From: Candidatus Daviesbacteria bacterium | Lineage (GTDB): Bacteria > Patescibacteriota > Microgenomatia > Daviesbacterales > UBA10151 | NCBI GenBank assembly: GCA_028687915.1 | Contig: JAQTZF010000001.1 | Coordinates: 101,969-165,968, forward strand | DNA length: 64,000 nucleotides | Direction of reading: 5' to 3' | Part shown: in pieces, positions 19,121 through 28,558 of the stretch | Position numbering within the stretch: the stretch's first letter is position 1 | Layout of the letters: every line of letters starts with the position of its first letter | Translations under genes and position numbers: made by a program | Notes under the pieces: generated by a model | What the model was told of the DNA's origin: nothing | Database searches by the model: none | Seen by the model: only the letters and a program-made list of their open reading frames with translations

Positions 19121-20893
19121 TTATAGATTCTTTAATTTTAGCGATAAATCTCTAAACCTTTTTGTTAATGCTTGTAACTGTTCTATTTTACCAAAACTCT
19201 CAGCATTTTTGATATCATCTGATAGTTTTTCTAAAGAGGCTTTAACTAAAGCCTTCTTCAATCCTGCCACTACCACATTAATTTCATTCAACCATGCCTT
19301 TGAGTTTGTTAATTTATCATCAATCTCTGTTAAATACAAGCCATCTACTATAGGTATTAACTCTTCAGGCAAGGTTTTAACAAAATCACTGATGTTAAAT
19401 GCAGAGCCTTTAAAAGAAACAGCATCTAAGTATAACACTAGAAGGACATATAAAGAACGATAAGCTTCTAATGTAAAAAGTGTTTCAGGGAAATTTGGCA
19501 CAAATGTTAGGTCTGCCGGAATTTTTAACAATAAATTCATTAAATATTCTTCAAGCCTTCCTCTTCTTGATCTGAACGCTTCTTTTCCTCCTCCGTCTTG
19601 CTTAATAATATTTTCAAAAGTTGGAGCATAACTGCTACCAGCTTTTGCAACTTCTCTTCGAACGATATCTTCAGGGATAGCAATTAAAGCAGATAGTTTT
19701 TGAATATAAAATTCACGGGTAACATTATCAGATATTTTTGCCCACAGAGGCGCAATCTCAGAAGCAATACGTTTTCTTCCTTCTGCAGTATTCCTATTAA
19801 ATCTTCCAGCAACAGACTGTAAATAATAATCATAAATTGGTTCTGCTTCTTCTACAGCCTTTTTCCATAAATCAACATTTTTTAAAGATAACTCTGCCGG
19901 ATCTTTACCTTCAGGAATCTTTATTACTTTTATATTTAATCCAGCAAAATCTGCCATCTCTATCCCCCGTCTTGAAGCTGCATCTCCTGCTGAATCAGAA
20001 TCAAAACAAAGTAAGATTGTATCTGTATATTTTTTTATTAAATCAATCTGCCCTGCTGTTAAAGCAGTTCCTTTGGAAGCCACCACATTTTTTACTCCTG
20101 CCTGATAGGACATGATAGTATCCATTTCACCTTCAGTTAAAATAGCTGCGTTTGTTTGTCTAATTTCACCTTTGGATAAATTTAATCCATACAAACAGTT
20201 ACCTTTATCAAAAATGATTGTTTGAGGGGTGTTAATATATTTTGGCTCCCCCACCCCCAAAATCCTGCCTGAAAAAGCAATAATTTGACCCTTAACATCC
20301 AGTAAAGGAAACATTACTCTTCCTCGAAAACGATCATAACCACCTGATTTAGAAGCAACTGCTAAGCCTGCATCAATTAAATCAGAGGTAGTAAATCCAC
20401 GTTTGGACATAAACTTAAATAAACTATCCCAGGAATTAGGAGCATAACCCAAATTAAATTCTTTGATGGTTTTATCAGTTAAACCTCTTTTTTTAAGATA
20501 TGCCAAGGCTGGTTCACCTAATTTATGTTCAGTTAAAATATAGTGAAAGTATTGAGAAGCTTTTTGGTTAGCATCAAAAAGCTTAGATTTTTTATCTTTA
20601 TCTTTGGAAGGCTTTCTGGATAAAGTTACTCCAGCTCTTTTGGCTAAAATGTCTAAGGCATCAACAAATTCCATGCTATCTTTTAGCATTAAGAATTTAA
20701 AAATATCTCCTCCCACATTACAACCAAAGCAATGAAAGATTCCCCGTTCAGGAGAAACTACAAAAGAAGGGCTTTTTTCAGCATGAAAAGGACATGGCGC
20801 TTTATAATTAACACCGCTTTTCTTTAAAGGTAAATATTCTGAGATTAAATCAACAATGTTGATTTTTTGTTTAATTAAGTCGAGGTCGTCCAT
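19121..20893 (-). CDS. dnaG: DNA primase DnaG.
   Basis: Zinc-ribbon CPFHAEKSPSF...CFGC and a TOPRIM domain (EGEMD, DSDSAGD). The start is placed at the MDDLDLIKQ methionine (ATG 20891-20893) rather than at the upstream extension shown in the ORF track. Confidence 0.85.
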   Translation of the reverse strand: MDDLDLIKQKINIVDLISEYLPLKKSGVNYKAPCPFHAEKSPSFVVSPERGIFHCFGCNVGGDIFKFLMLKDSMEFVDALDILAKRAGVTLSRKPSKDKDKKSKLFDANQKASQYFHYILTEHKLGEPALAYLKKRGLTDKTIKEFNLGYAPNSWDSLFKFMSKRGFTTSDLIDAGLAVASKSGGYDRFRGRVMFPLLDVKGQIIAFSGRILGVGEPKYINTPQTIIFDKGNCLYGLNLSKGEIRQTNAAILTEGEMDTIMSYQAGVKNVVASKGTALTAGQIDLIKKYTDTILLCFDSDSAGDAASRRGIEMADFAGLNIKVIKIPEGKDPAELSLKNVDLWKKAVEEAEPIYDYYLQSVAGRFNRNTAEGRKRIASEIAPLWAKISDNVTREFYIQKLSALIAIPEDIVRREVAKAGSSYAPTFENIIKQDGGGKEAFRSRRGRLEEYLMNLLLKIPADLTFVPNFPETLFTLEAYRSLYVLLVLYLDAVSFKGSAFNISDFVKTLPEELIPIVDGLYLTEIDDKLTNSKAWLNEINVVVAGLKKALVKASLEKLSDDIKNAESFGKIEQLQALTKRFRDLSLKLKNL

Positions 20894-21024
20894 AGTTATA
20901 TCTGATCGTCCGTCCAATGCGTGACCATCAGGTATCCCGATAGGATCGGAACAGGTTGATAGGCGAATTGTAACCCAAAAAAACCCAAATGACAATATTA
21001 GCAAGAACAGCTATAATATCTAAA

Positions 21025-21125
21025 CTTGGAGAGGTCGCATAAAAGCTTCGCTTTTGCGATAGTTCCACCGCCAAGGCGGTGTAGTAACTATCTAATGCAA
21101 GCTATGCTTCTCTCTTTAAAGAATT
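21025..21125 (+). repeat. Orphan partial copy of the tRNA-Ser 5' end (TTGGAGAGGTCGCATA) plus a roughly 85-nt hairpin-rich spacer, immediately upstream of tRNA-Ser(GGA).
   Basis: The 16-nt stretch TTGGAGAGGTCGCATA is identical to 21123-21138 (the tRNA start), after which the sequence diverges. It contains the hairpin CCACCGCCAAGGCGGTG. Confidence 0.5.
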
Positions 21126-21213
21126 GGAGAGGTCGCATAGTGGTCTAGTGCGCCGCCTTGGAAAGGCGGTATACCGTAAGGTATCGAGGGTTCAAATCCC
21201 TCCCTCTCCGCCA
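21126..21213 (+). tRNA. tRNA-Ser(GGA).
   Basis: GGAGAGG acceptor stem, anticodon loop TTGGAAA, long variable arm, T-loop TTCAAAT, and an encoded CCA. Confidence 0.8.
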
Positions 21214-21220
21214 AAACTCT

Positions 21221-21700
21221 ATGAAGAATAAATTAAATCTCATAATTAGAAAAGCAAAAATTTCTGATCTACAAAACATTCAAGCATTAGGTACTGGGTT
21301 AATGAAATCAGATAGAAGATTTGATCCTACATTAATAGAGGAGTGGTATTTTAGTAGCGATGCTATGAAATACTTACTCAATCGTATTAGAGGCAAAAAA
21401 GGCGTTTGCCTTGTAGCAGAAGTTAATAAACAACTTGTGGGGTACCTGACTGGTAAATTACTAAAAACAGAAACATGGCGACCATTTTACAGAGCAGAGG
21501 TGAATAATTTGTATATTGAAACTAAATATCAAAGCAAAGGCATAGGAGCAGCTTTGTTAAAAGCATTTATTGAGTGGAGTAAAGCCAATAGTGCTGAGAG
21601 AATTGTTCTTAATGTTGAATCTAAGAATGTTGAAGCAATCAGGTTTTATCAGAAAAATAATTTTAACCCAGCCCGTCTGGAAATGGAAGCAAAAATATAG
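21221..21700 (+). CDS. GNAT-family N-acetyltransferase.
   Basis: The acetyl-CoA-binding motif QSKGIGAALLKAFIEW (Q/R-x-x-G-x-G/A) is present. The start is taken at MKNKLNL because the longer ORF would overlap the tRNA-Ser. Confidence 0.65.
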   Translation: MKNKLNLIIRKAKISDLQNIQALGTGLMKSDRRFDPTLIEEWYFSSDAMKYLLNRIRGKKGVCLVAEVNKQLVGYLTGKLLKTETWRPFYRAEVNNLYIETKYQSKGIGAALLKAFIEWSKANSAERIVLNVESKNVEAIRFYQKNNFNPARLEMEAKI

Positions 21701-21703
21701 TTT

Positions 21704-22258
21704 ATGAAAAAAGATTCACAAACTGAATTTGAAACTAAGGTTTTAGATCTTGATAAAGAAGAAGTTATTAAAAAGCTTAGAGAGTTAGGTGCAAAAGAGT
21801 CCCCAGAAGCTTTGTCCAGAAGATATGTTTTTGATATGGAATCAGAAGATATGGAATGGATTAGACTTAGAGAAATTGATGGCAAAGCTACTTTAGCTTA
21901 TAAATTTAAGCCTAAAGGAAATATACAGGTTGGAAAAACCCAGGAAATAGAAACGGAAGTTGCTAATTTTGAAGAAACAGCCAAAATATTACTCAAAATA
22001 CCTTTTAAACAGGTTTTATATCAGGAAAATAAAACCCACATTTTTCACCTTAATGGGATTGAATATTCAATTGATACCTGGCCCATGCTTGAACCATACC
22101 TGGAAATTGAATCAAGCAGTTTAGAAAAAGTAGCAGAAGGACTAAAACTTTTAAATTTAGAAGGTAAAGATATTGGAGATAAGGATATCAGATCAATTTA
22201 CCTGGAAAAAAATATTGATTTCCACACATTAACTGATCTTAAATTTGAGAAAAATTAG
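21704..22258 (+). CDS. CYTH-domain protein (triphosphate tunnel metalloenzyme).
   Basis: N-terminal EFETKV (the ExExK signature) and overall CYTH-like beta-strand periodicity across 184 aa. Confidence 0.55.
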   Translation: MKKDSQTEFETKVLDLDKEEVIKKLRELGAKESPEALSRRYVFDMESEDMEWIRLREIDGKATLAYKFKPKGNIQVGKTQEIETEVANFEETAKILLKIPFKQVLYQENKTHIFHLNGIEYSIDTWPMLEPYLEIESSSLEKVAEGLKLLNLEGKDIGDKDIRSIYLEKNIDFHTLTDLKFEKN

Positions 22259-22290
22259 CACCACTTGCATTAATGGTGTATGATATATAA

Positions 22291-22530
22291 ATGATGGGAA
22301 ATTATTTTTATCCAATGTATAACTCAATGTTCTACTGGATGTCTGGCTGGAATCCTTTTATCTGGCTAGCTCCTCTTGCTTTAATAGATTTAATTTTAAA
22401 GGGTTTTGCTTTATGGAAAGCAGGTAGAAATAATCACCTCTATTGGTTTATAGCTTTATTATTTATTAATTCTTTAGGTATTCTTCCGCTTATTTATCTA
22501 GTTTTCTTTGAGAAGAAGAATAAGAAGTAA
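22291..22530 (+). CDS. Small membrane protein, 79 aa.
   Basis: Two hydrophobic helices. Confidence 0.35.
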   Translation: MMGNYFYPMYNSMFYWMSGWNPFIWLAPLALIDLILKGFALWKAGRNNHLYWFIALLFINSLGILPLIYLVFFEKKNKK

Positions 22531-23094
22531 AAACTCTTTATTCCCTGCTCCCCCTAAAATTGGTGATTCCATCTCTTCTTGAATCTTAAACCCTAGTTCC
22601 TGAATCTTTTTAACTGTTTGATCTTTAATCTCTTCAGATTTTTCTAAAGATAAAACACCTTTAATTAAGTCTTGTTTTGAAGATTCATAATGAGGTTTAA
22701 GTAAGGCAATAATCATTCCATCTTCTTTTAAAAATTTCTTCACTACAGGTAAAACCAATTCTAATTTTGTCCAACCAGCATCAATGGTTATTAAATCCAC
22801 CCTTCGACTTCGCTCAGGGCCTTCGGCCTCTTCTGGCAATTCTTCTAAATGAAGAATATTAGTTCTTTCCATTACCGCTACCCTTGGGTCATTTCGAAGT
22901 TTCCAGGCAAACTCTCCGTAAGCTGTATCTACTGCATAAACTTTTGAGGCACCGTTTTGTAATAAACAATCCACAAACCCACCTGTTGATGAACCAACAT
23001 CAAGGACAACTTTACCATTCACGTCAACTTGAAATTGATCTAATGCAGCTTTTAATTTATCCCCACCGCGGGAAACAAAATTAGAGCTGCTCAT
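22498..23094 (-). CDS. tlyA: TlyA-family rRNA 2'-O-methyltransferase (FtsJ-like), apparently without the S4 domain.
   Basis: SRGGDKLKAALDQFQVDVNGKVVLDVGSSTGGFVDCLLQNGASKVYAVD, which is TlyA/FtsJ motif I, followed by the catalytic K-D-K-E context. Confidence 0.7.
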   Translation of the reverse strand: MSSSNFVSRGGDKLKAALDQFQVDVNGKVVLDVGSSTGGFVDCLLQNGASKVYAVDTAYGEFAWKLRNDPRVAVMERTNILHLEELPEEAEGPERSRRVDLITIDAGWTKLELVLPVVKKFLKEDGMIIALLKPHYESSKQDLIKGVLSLEKSEEIKDQTVKKIQELGFKIQEEMESPILGGAGNKEFLLLILLLKEN

Positions 23095-23488
23095 ACATCC
23101 CCACAGCTTTTTTAAACAAAGTCTTATCGTTTGAGAAACTTAATTTTTTCAAAGCTTCATCCGGAGTAAACCAACCTGAATCTGAAACTTCCCAATCATG
23201 ATCTTTAATATCACCTGAAACATATTTCATTAAATAGATAGTCACAATTTTGAAGATTTCTTCCCCATTTAGAGTATATTTATACTTTGATTGCCCAACA
23301 GAATTAATTATTTCTACCTCCACCCCTCCTTCTTCTTTAACTTCCCGAAGCGCTGCCTGCTTCATTCCTTCTCCTTCATTTGGATGACCTTTAGGAAACC
23401 CCCAGGATTTATTGGTTGAATGTTGAGTCAAAAGAACTTGTCCTTCTTTGTTAAATATAATTCCCCCTGCAGAAAATTCTCTCTTCAT
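23081..23488 (-). CDS. NUDIX hydrolase.
   Basis: Nudix box GHPNEGEGMKQAALREVKEEGGVEV (Gx5Ex7REUxEExGU). Confidence 0.75.
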   Translation of the reverse strand: MKREFSAGGIIFNKEGQVLLTQHSTNKSWGFPKGHPNEGEGMKQAALREVKEEGGVEVEIINSVGQSKYKYTLNGEEIFKIVTIYLMKYVSGDIKDHDWEVSDSGWFTPDEALKKLSFSNDKTLFKKAVGMYEQL

Positions 23489-23510
23489 ATTTTTTAATTA
23501 TATAGTATAG

Positions 23511-23596
23511 CGGAGGCGGTAGGATTCGAACCTACGAGGAGCTTTCGCCCCGACAGTTTTCGAAACTGTTTCCTTAAACCACTCGGACACGCCTCC
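23511..23596 (-). tRNA. tRNA-Ser(CGA).
   Basis: Reverse complement GGAGGCGTGTCCGAGTGG...ACAGTTTCGAAAACTGT...GTAGGTTCGAATCCTACCGCCTCC+G, with a long variable arm. No CCA is encoded. Confidence 0.75.
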
Positions 23597-23601
23597 CCAT
23601 G

Positions 23602-23674
23602 TGCGCCTGGAGGGGATCGAACCCCCGACTTCATCGTCCGCAACGATGCGCTCTATCCACTGAGCTACAGGCGC
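23602..23674 (-). tRNA. tRNA-Arg with anticodon GCG, an unusual Arg anticodon for bacteria.
   Basis: Reverse complement GCGCCTGTAGCTCAGTGGATAGAGCGCATCGTTGCGGACGATGAAGTCGGGGGTTCGATCCCCTCCAGGCGC+A. The anticodon loop is TTGCGGA. Confidence 0.7.
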
Positions 23675-23801
23675 AATATGTGAATTTTACAACAACTATA
23701 CGCTAGAAGCTAATATCTGGACACTTACGTTTTGGCGAAGTAAAAGGCAAGGTTCTGCGAGCACGAGGTATAATTTTCCTTACCGAAGTACAAGCAGGTC
23801 C

Positions 23802-24356
23802 TTATTTTTGGGGATTTTCTAAGGGAAAATGTTTTTGTAAGGATGAGGCCCAGGAATCCATTAAATTTTTTGGAGCAATTTCATGAAAAGGTAAATACCT
23901 GGCAACCACTTTTTTAATCTCTTCAAGTTGATCCTTTTGAATTAAAATAATAAGCTGTCCTGGAAAACGCAGATCAGTTAATACGTTTAATATTTGATAG
24001 CCTTCTTTTTCTGAAAACCAAAAACTATTTAAATCTGTCCAAAAATAGAAATGGTCTCCAATAGTGATTCCTTGTGTAGATATTTTATATTGCACATCCT
24101 CTGGAGGGACAAAAGCTAATACATAAACCATAAAAGCAAAAGCAAATAATACTCCAATAAAAATATATTCTCTGGCAAAAAAGGAGATCAATATCAGTAA
24201 AACAAAAATAATTGCTATTGTGGTAAAAAAGGATCTGTCTCTTTTTCTAAAAGGTCTGGAAGGAGCTGTCCAGGTTAAATAAGTTCTCACGGGATCATCA
24301 TCTAAGTCCCTGATATCATTATTCTTTTCTGAAGGTTTGTGGTAAAACTCGGGCAT
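23802..24356 (-). CDS. Membrane protein, 184 aa with two central TM helices.
   Basis: Hydrophobicity only. Confidence 0.4.
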   Translation of the reverse strand: MPEFYHKPSEKNNDIRDLDDDPVRTYLTWTAPSRPFRKRDRSFFTTIAIIFVLLILISFFAREYIFIGVLFAFAFMVYVLAFVPPEDVQYKISTQGITIGDHFYFWTDLNSFWFSEKEGYQILNVLTDLRFPGQLIILIQKDQLEEIKKVVARYLPFHEIAPKNLMDSWASSLQKHFPLENPQK

Positions 24357-24416
24357 TAAAAATTATTATACAACAGACATGGATTATATATGCTATGTTT
24401 GTTACAATTAGCCACA

Positions 24417-24481
24417 AGGAGAGGTCGCATAAGACATTCCGCCTACGGCAGAAGATCTTGAGCTACTCTCCTCGTAAACTC
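24417..24481 (+). repeat. Orphan partial copy of the tRNA-Ser 5' end (AAGGAGAGGTCGCATAAG) upstream of tRNA-Ser(GCU).
   Basis: Matches the first 14-16 nt of all three plus-strand tRNA-Ser genes. The segment ends ...CTACTCTCC, which could pair with the 5' GGAGAG. Confidence 0.5.
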
Positions 24482-24568
24482 GGAGAGGTCGCATAGTGGC
24501 CTAGTGCGAATCGGTGCTAACGATTTGTCGTCGTAAGACGACCGAGGGTTCGAATCCCTCCCTCTCCG
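24482..24568 (+). tRNA. tRNA-Ser(GCU).
   Basis: GGAGAGGTCGCATAGTGGCCTAGTGCG AATCG GTGCTAA CGATT, a long variable arm, GAGGGTTCGAATCCCTC, then CCTCTCC+G. Confidence 0.75.
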
Positions 24569-24645
24569 CCTTCGATCGCCATAGCGATCTTCGGCGGACA
24601 CAGTCCGCTTGTTGTCGCAAAGGAGATTTAAGATAATTTATATAA

Positions 24646-24733
<88 letters not shown>

Positions 24734-24756
24734 AACTTGTTATAATAAAATTAAAT

Positions 24757-25005
24757 ATGTCCACCAAAGACTGGTTTAAACGCGATATAAATACTATTAA
24801 AAATTCATTTATATATACTCTTAAAAAATTACACATGATTACATTATTTGCACTGGTATTTTCAGGAATTTTAACTTATTTATATAACGATTTTTCTATT
24901 AACAAAATAATTGCTTACACTATTATATTTTTACCTATTTCTTTTATTGGGTTTTTTATGGTTCATGTAATCGAAACAAAAGGTTATGATATTGACACTC
25001 CCTAA
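24757..25005 (+). CDS. Small membrane protein, 82 aa; the start is moved downstream of the tRNA.
   Basis: Two TM helices. The longer ORF in the track overlaps tRNA-Ser(UGA), so the ATG at 24757 was chosen. Confidence 0.35.
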   Translation: MSTKDWFKRDINTIKNSFIYTLKKLHMITLFALVFSGILTYLYNDFSINKIIAYTIIFLPISFIGFFMVHVIETKGYDIDTP

Positions 25006-25020
25006 AGTATGTATCCCTTA

Positions 25021-25713
25021 TTATCTAGCTAGTGTAATTGCCCAGACTGATTTAGCTCCATTCCTCTTTAATATATAGCAACATTCTTTTAAAGTCGAAC
25101 CTGTGGTCCAGACATCATCTATTAATAAAATATTTGAATTAGGATTTAAGAATTTAGAATTAAAAGAAAAAGCATTTTTGATATTCTTTTTTCTTTCCCA
25201 ACCTTGTAAACCTACCTGAGGTTTGGTGTGTTTGGTTCTTTTTAATGCTTCTGTATATTCTAATCCTATTTTTGAAGCTAATATTTTCCCCAAAAGGGCT
25301 GATTGATTAAACCCACGCCATTTTTGGCGTTTAACATATAATGGCACAGGAACTATTATCCAACCCTCTCCTCTATCTTTTTTAATTTCATCAATAAATT
25401 GCGGAGTATATTTGGCCCAATATTCAATCATTAAGTCTATTAAACTTTCTGCAATATCAGACACAAATTTGTACTTTAACTTTTGAATGGCTTTTTTTAA
25501 TGGAGCCTGATAAATTCCTAGGCTCCACAAACCATCCAAACCATATCTTTTTTGACATAAAGGATGAGATTTACCACCAATAGAGTTTTTTTCACAATTT
25601 GGACAAACTAAATCTTGTTGCAGGATATTTTTGATACAAGAATCACAAAAATATGAACCAAATTTACCACACCCACAACATTTCTTGGGAAAAAATAAAT
25701 CAAAAAAGTTCAT
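25021..25713 (-). CDS. comF: ComF-family protein (phosphoribosyltransferase-like; ComFC).
   Basis: N-terminal 4-Cys zinc finger (CCGCG...CDSC...CPNC...C) and a C-terminal PRTase motif ILLIDDVWTTGSTL. Confidence 0.7.
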   Translation of the reverse strand: MNFFDLFFPKKCCGCGKFGSYFCDSCIKNILQQDLVCPNCEKNSIGGKSHPLCQKRYGLDGLWSLGIYQAPLKKAIQKLKYKFVSDIAESLIDLMIEYWAKYTPQFIDEIKKDRGEGWIIVPVPLYVKRQKWRGFNQSALLGKILASKIGLEYTEALKRTKHTKPQVGLQGWERKKNIKNAFSFNSKFLNPNSNILLIDDVWTTGSTLKECCYILKRNGAKSVWAITLAR

Positions 25714-25780
25714 ACTTTAATATAAACCAAGTTTAAAAACACTTAAACAAGACTTTGTGCTTATAAACTAAAATAGAAAC

Positions 25781-25810
25781 CAAAAATCCACCCTTAGGTG
25801 GATTTTTTTG
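25781..25810. terminator. Bidirectional rho-independent terminator hairpin immediately 3' of the tmRNA.
   Basis: AAAAATCCACCCTTAGGTGGATTTTTTT, a perfect 7-bp stem flanked by an A-run and a T-run. Confidence 0.6.
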
Positions 25811-26196
25811 TGGAGACGAGGGTATTGAACCCTGTCTGAATCGTTAATTTAATAACATCTACAAGCTTAGCTAATATATTTTTAAGTACTGGTTGTAACC
25901 TATTAGCAGGAAAACCAATACTTGATTGAGTCATCTTAAACAATTATGGATCAACCAACACCACAATAATAGCAACCTGACTGTTGTACTTATCTTAAGG
26001 ATTCCGTCAGATGGAGATTACCTTAAAATACCCTTATGCGGCTAGAGTGTAACCTGGTTGCCCAAGTACACCAAGCGTAAACACTTGGGATGCTAATTTT
26101 TCTTTAGCATATTTTTTGAAACCATGTTTTACGAATAAGGTTTCCTGTTCGGCTTGCAGTTTTTAAAGTGCCGGTCCGTCGAATCTGTACGTCCCC
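25811..26196 (-). ncRNA. ssrA: tmRNA (ssrA).
   Basis: Minus strand begins GGGGACGTACAGATTCGACGG and ends GACAGGGTTCAATACCCTCGTCTCC+A, a tRNA-like acceptor/T-arm with acceptor pairing GGGGACG/CGTCTCC. The internal tag ORF ends ...GGT TAC ACT CTA GCC GCA TAA (…GYTLAA*). It sits adjacent to smpB. Confidence 0.8.
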
Positions 26197-26243
26197 GTGC
26201 GTATATAATACCAAATCTGAGGTCAAAAATCAAATTTATAAGG

Positions 26244-26684
26244 CTAGACCTTACCCCTTAAATCCTGTTCTATTTTTCTGAGTTGATCCCGTTCCTTAAT
26301 AATTCTTCTCTTATCAAATTCCTTCTTTGATTTACCCAATCCCAACTCAACTTTAATCATGTTATTTTTTTCATATATGGAAACAGGCACCAAGGCAACT
26401 CCTTTGCCGGAAAGCTTACCAATTAGGCTGGTAATCTGATCCCTGTGTAACAACAGCTTTCTGGATTTAATAGGATCATAATTTTTTATAGGAGCATTTT
26501 GATAAGCAGGAATGTTCATATTAATTAAAGAGACTTCCCCGTTAATGATTTTGGCGTGGGATTGTCCCATATCTACCCTACCAGCTCTGATAGATTTTAC
26601 CTCAGGACCAGTTAACTGAATTCCAGCCTCTAAAGATTCTAAAATATGATAATTGTGTAATCCTTTTTTGTTTACTATTCTCAT
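26244..26684 (-). CDS. smpB: SsrA-binding protein SmpB.
   Basis: Translation MRIVNKKGLHNYHILESLEAGIQLTGPEVKSIRAGRV..., 146 aa, next to the tmRNA. Confidence 0.9.
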   Translation of the reverse strand: MRIVNKKGLHNYHILESLEAGIQLTGPEVKSIRAGRVDMGQSHAKIINGEVSLINMNIPAYQNAPIKNYDPIKSRKLLLHRDQITSLIGKLSGKGVALVPVSIYEKNNMIKVELGLGKSKKEFDKRRIIKERDQLRKIEQDLRGKV

Positions 26685-26696
26685 ACAACCCTAGGT

Positions 26697-28526
26697 TCAT
26701 TTTAAATCCATGGAGAAGATTTTACTACCATCAAGTAAGAACACCTGCTTCTTTGTTTCATCTACCACAAAATCAATAAATGTAGCAAATTTAGGAGAAG
26801 TATATTGTGATAAATAATTACCCTTTTTATCCATCACCACTAATCTGTTATTGCCTTTATCCAAAACATATAAGTTTTCAGTATCAGAAGACACAAAGAA
26901 ACCGGAAACTTCTTTAATTGGTTTATCTAAATTAGCATAAGAAAAAAAGTCAGCTATTCCTTGAGTAAATTTAATTATTTCAACTTTATTTTTTAATATC
27001 CAAACAGAAGAATCAATTTGCATCTTGATTGAGTTTTTTAAATCAACTTTACTTGTTAAATACTCTCTTTTATCAGAATACCCTGCTTCTGTAGGCAAGT
27101 ATTTCCAAACTTGGCCAGAAGATGAAGAAATACTGCCTTTATCTAATAAATAGATATTCCCTCCAAAAGCAAATAAATCTGCTATTTGACCCCATCCGGA
27201 ATCAGACTTAACAGCAGCTGTAACTTTTTTATCAGCAGAATCAACCCGAAGTATTCCCTTGTCTTGTGAGAACGCAAAAGCCACATTACCATTTATTGAG
27301 GCAAGTCTAGCGTTACCTATCTTATCAGCTCCAGCCAAAGTTTCCTGAGATTTAGAAGATAAATTAATCTTTACCAAAGCATTATTTTTATTATCTAAAA
27401 GCAATAAGTTTCCTGAGGATAAGGATAATGATCTTGCAGTAAAATCTTTTTTAATTAAATTTAAATCCAACCAGATAGGAAAATCTGTCACATCATTTGT
27501 TTTAGAAATTTCAGGAAAACTGGCGTCAAGCCTATTTTTAAGGTCTTTTGCCTGAGTATTTCCAGGATCAAGTTTAAATAATTGCTCTAAAGCAGTTCTA
27601 GAATTATTTAAACTGGTTACTGCTTCTGCAGTATCTGAATCTTTTAAAGCTTGGGCTTTATTGAATTCATCAGTTGCTGTTTGTAAGTAAGCATTAATAG
27701 CCTTAGAGTTTTCGCTGCTTTTTTGATTTTGAAAACCCCTAACTGCACTTATAATAACTATTACTAATAAAACGACTCCAATAACAGCAAAACCTCTTTT
27801 GGAGCGAGGTATTAAGTTGGAGAAGGTTCGTTTAAGACGCCTTCCCAGACTGCGCAGTAAAGCTTTAGTCTTCGCGCCATTCTCTGCAGCCAGAACTGGT
27901 GCTACTGGCCTGCTTTCCTCTATAATTCCCTCTTCTTTAGGAATAGATCTTTCTCTTTCTACCACAATTGCTGCCACCGGATAGTTTTCTGCTTCTGGTA
28001 ATTTACTTGCTATTTCATCTTCTAAATTTTCAATTTCTACTGTCTCAAGTGTTGTTAAATTATCCTGTAAAATCTTATCCAAAGTTTTAGTACACATCAT
28101 GATGCGGTCCCCTTCTTTAATAATTCCTGAAATCACCTGTCCTTCAGAAAGCTCACATAAATCTGTTCTCTTACCATCTCTAACTAAAAAAGCTTCTAAA
28201 TTTCCACACTGACCTAGTAAATAGAAAAAAGTATCAGTTGGCTCTTCCTGAGTAGCAGAAATTAAAATATTTAATTCCAAAGAATCCTTTAAAGAATCTT
28301 TAATACCCTGAAAAGTTTCTAAAACCCGGTCAGTAACATTTAAGCTTGAGGCAAAAAAGGAACTTTCTGCGTCACTTAAGGCTTGACGGGTGCGAGTAAA
28401 AGCATCATCAAGGCTTGATGAAATAATAATAAACAAATAAAAGTTTTGCTCTGGTTGATAAGAAACCAAAGCAATTGCAGCATCTGTGTCTGAATTTAAG
28501 CCAATAATTTTGGCTGTTTTTAGCAT
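26697..28526 (-). CDS. Hypothetical membrane-anchored protein with an N-terminal cytoplasmic domain, one TM helix and a large extracytoplasmic beta-rich domain (possibly a beta-propeller).
   Basis: 609 aa with a central TM helix (VIGVVLLVIVIISAV). The C-terminal portion is rich in beta-strand periodicity. No catalytic motif recognised. Confidence 0.4.
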   Translation of the reverse strand: MLKTAKIIGLNSDTDAAIALVSYQPEQNFYLFIIISSSLDDAFTRTRQALSDAESSFFASSLNVTDRVLETFQGIKDSLKDSLELNILISATQEEPTDTFFYLLGQCGNLEAFLVRDGKRTDLCELSEGQVISGIIKEGDRIMMCTKTLDKILQDNLTTLETVEIENLEDEIASKLPEAENYPVAAIVVERERSIPKEEGIIEESRPVAPVLAAENGAKTKALLRSLGRRLKRTFSNLIPRSKRGFAVIGVVLLVIVIISAVRGFQNQKSSENSKAINAYLQTATDEFNKAQALKDSDTAEAVTSLNNSRTALEQLFKLDPGNTQAKDLKNRLDASFPEISKTNDVTDFPIWLDLNLIKKDFTARSLSLSSGNLLLLDNKNNALVKINLSSKSQETLAGADKIGNARLASINGNVAFAFSQDKGILRVDSADKKVTAAVKSDSGWGQIADLFAFGGNIYLLDKGSISSSSGQVWKYLPTEAGYSDKREYLTSKVDLKNSIKMQIDSSVWILKNKVEIIKFTQGIADFFSYANLDKPIKEVSGFFVSSDTENLYVLDKGNNRLVVMDKKGNYLSQYTSPKFATFIDFVVDETKKQVFLLDGSKIFSMDLK

Positions 28527-28558
28527 AATTACTACCTCTGTTTCTGGGCAGTCTTAGA

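Noticed and set aside
20894-21004. 111-nt 5' extension of dnaG in the ORF track (MLILSFGFFWVT...).
   Set aside because: The extension is hydrophobic junk with no primase similarity. The conserved N-terminus begins at MDDLDLIKQ, preceded by a plausible RBS.
21158-21220. Longer N-terminal extension of the GNAT gene (track start 21158).
   Set aside because: It would overlap the tRNA-Ser(GGA) gene at 21126..21213. The internal ATG at 21221 directly after the tRNA was preferred.
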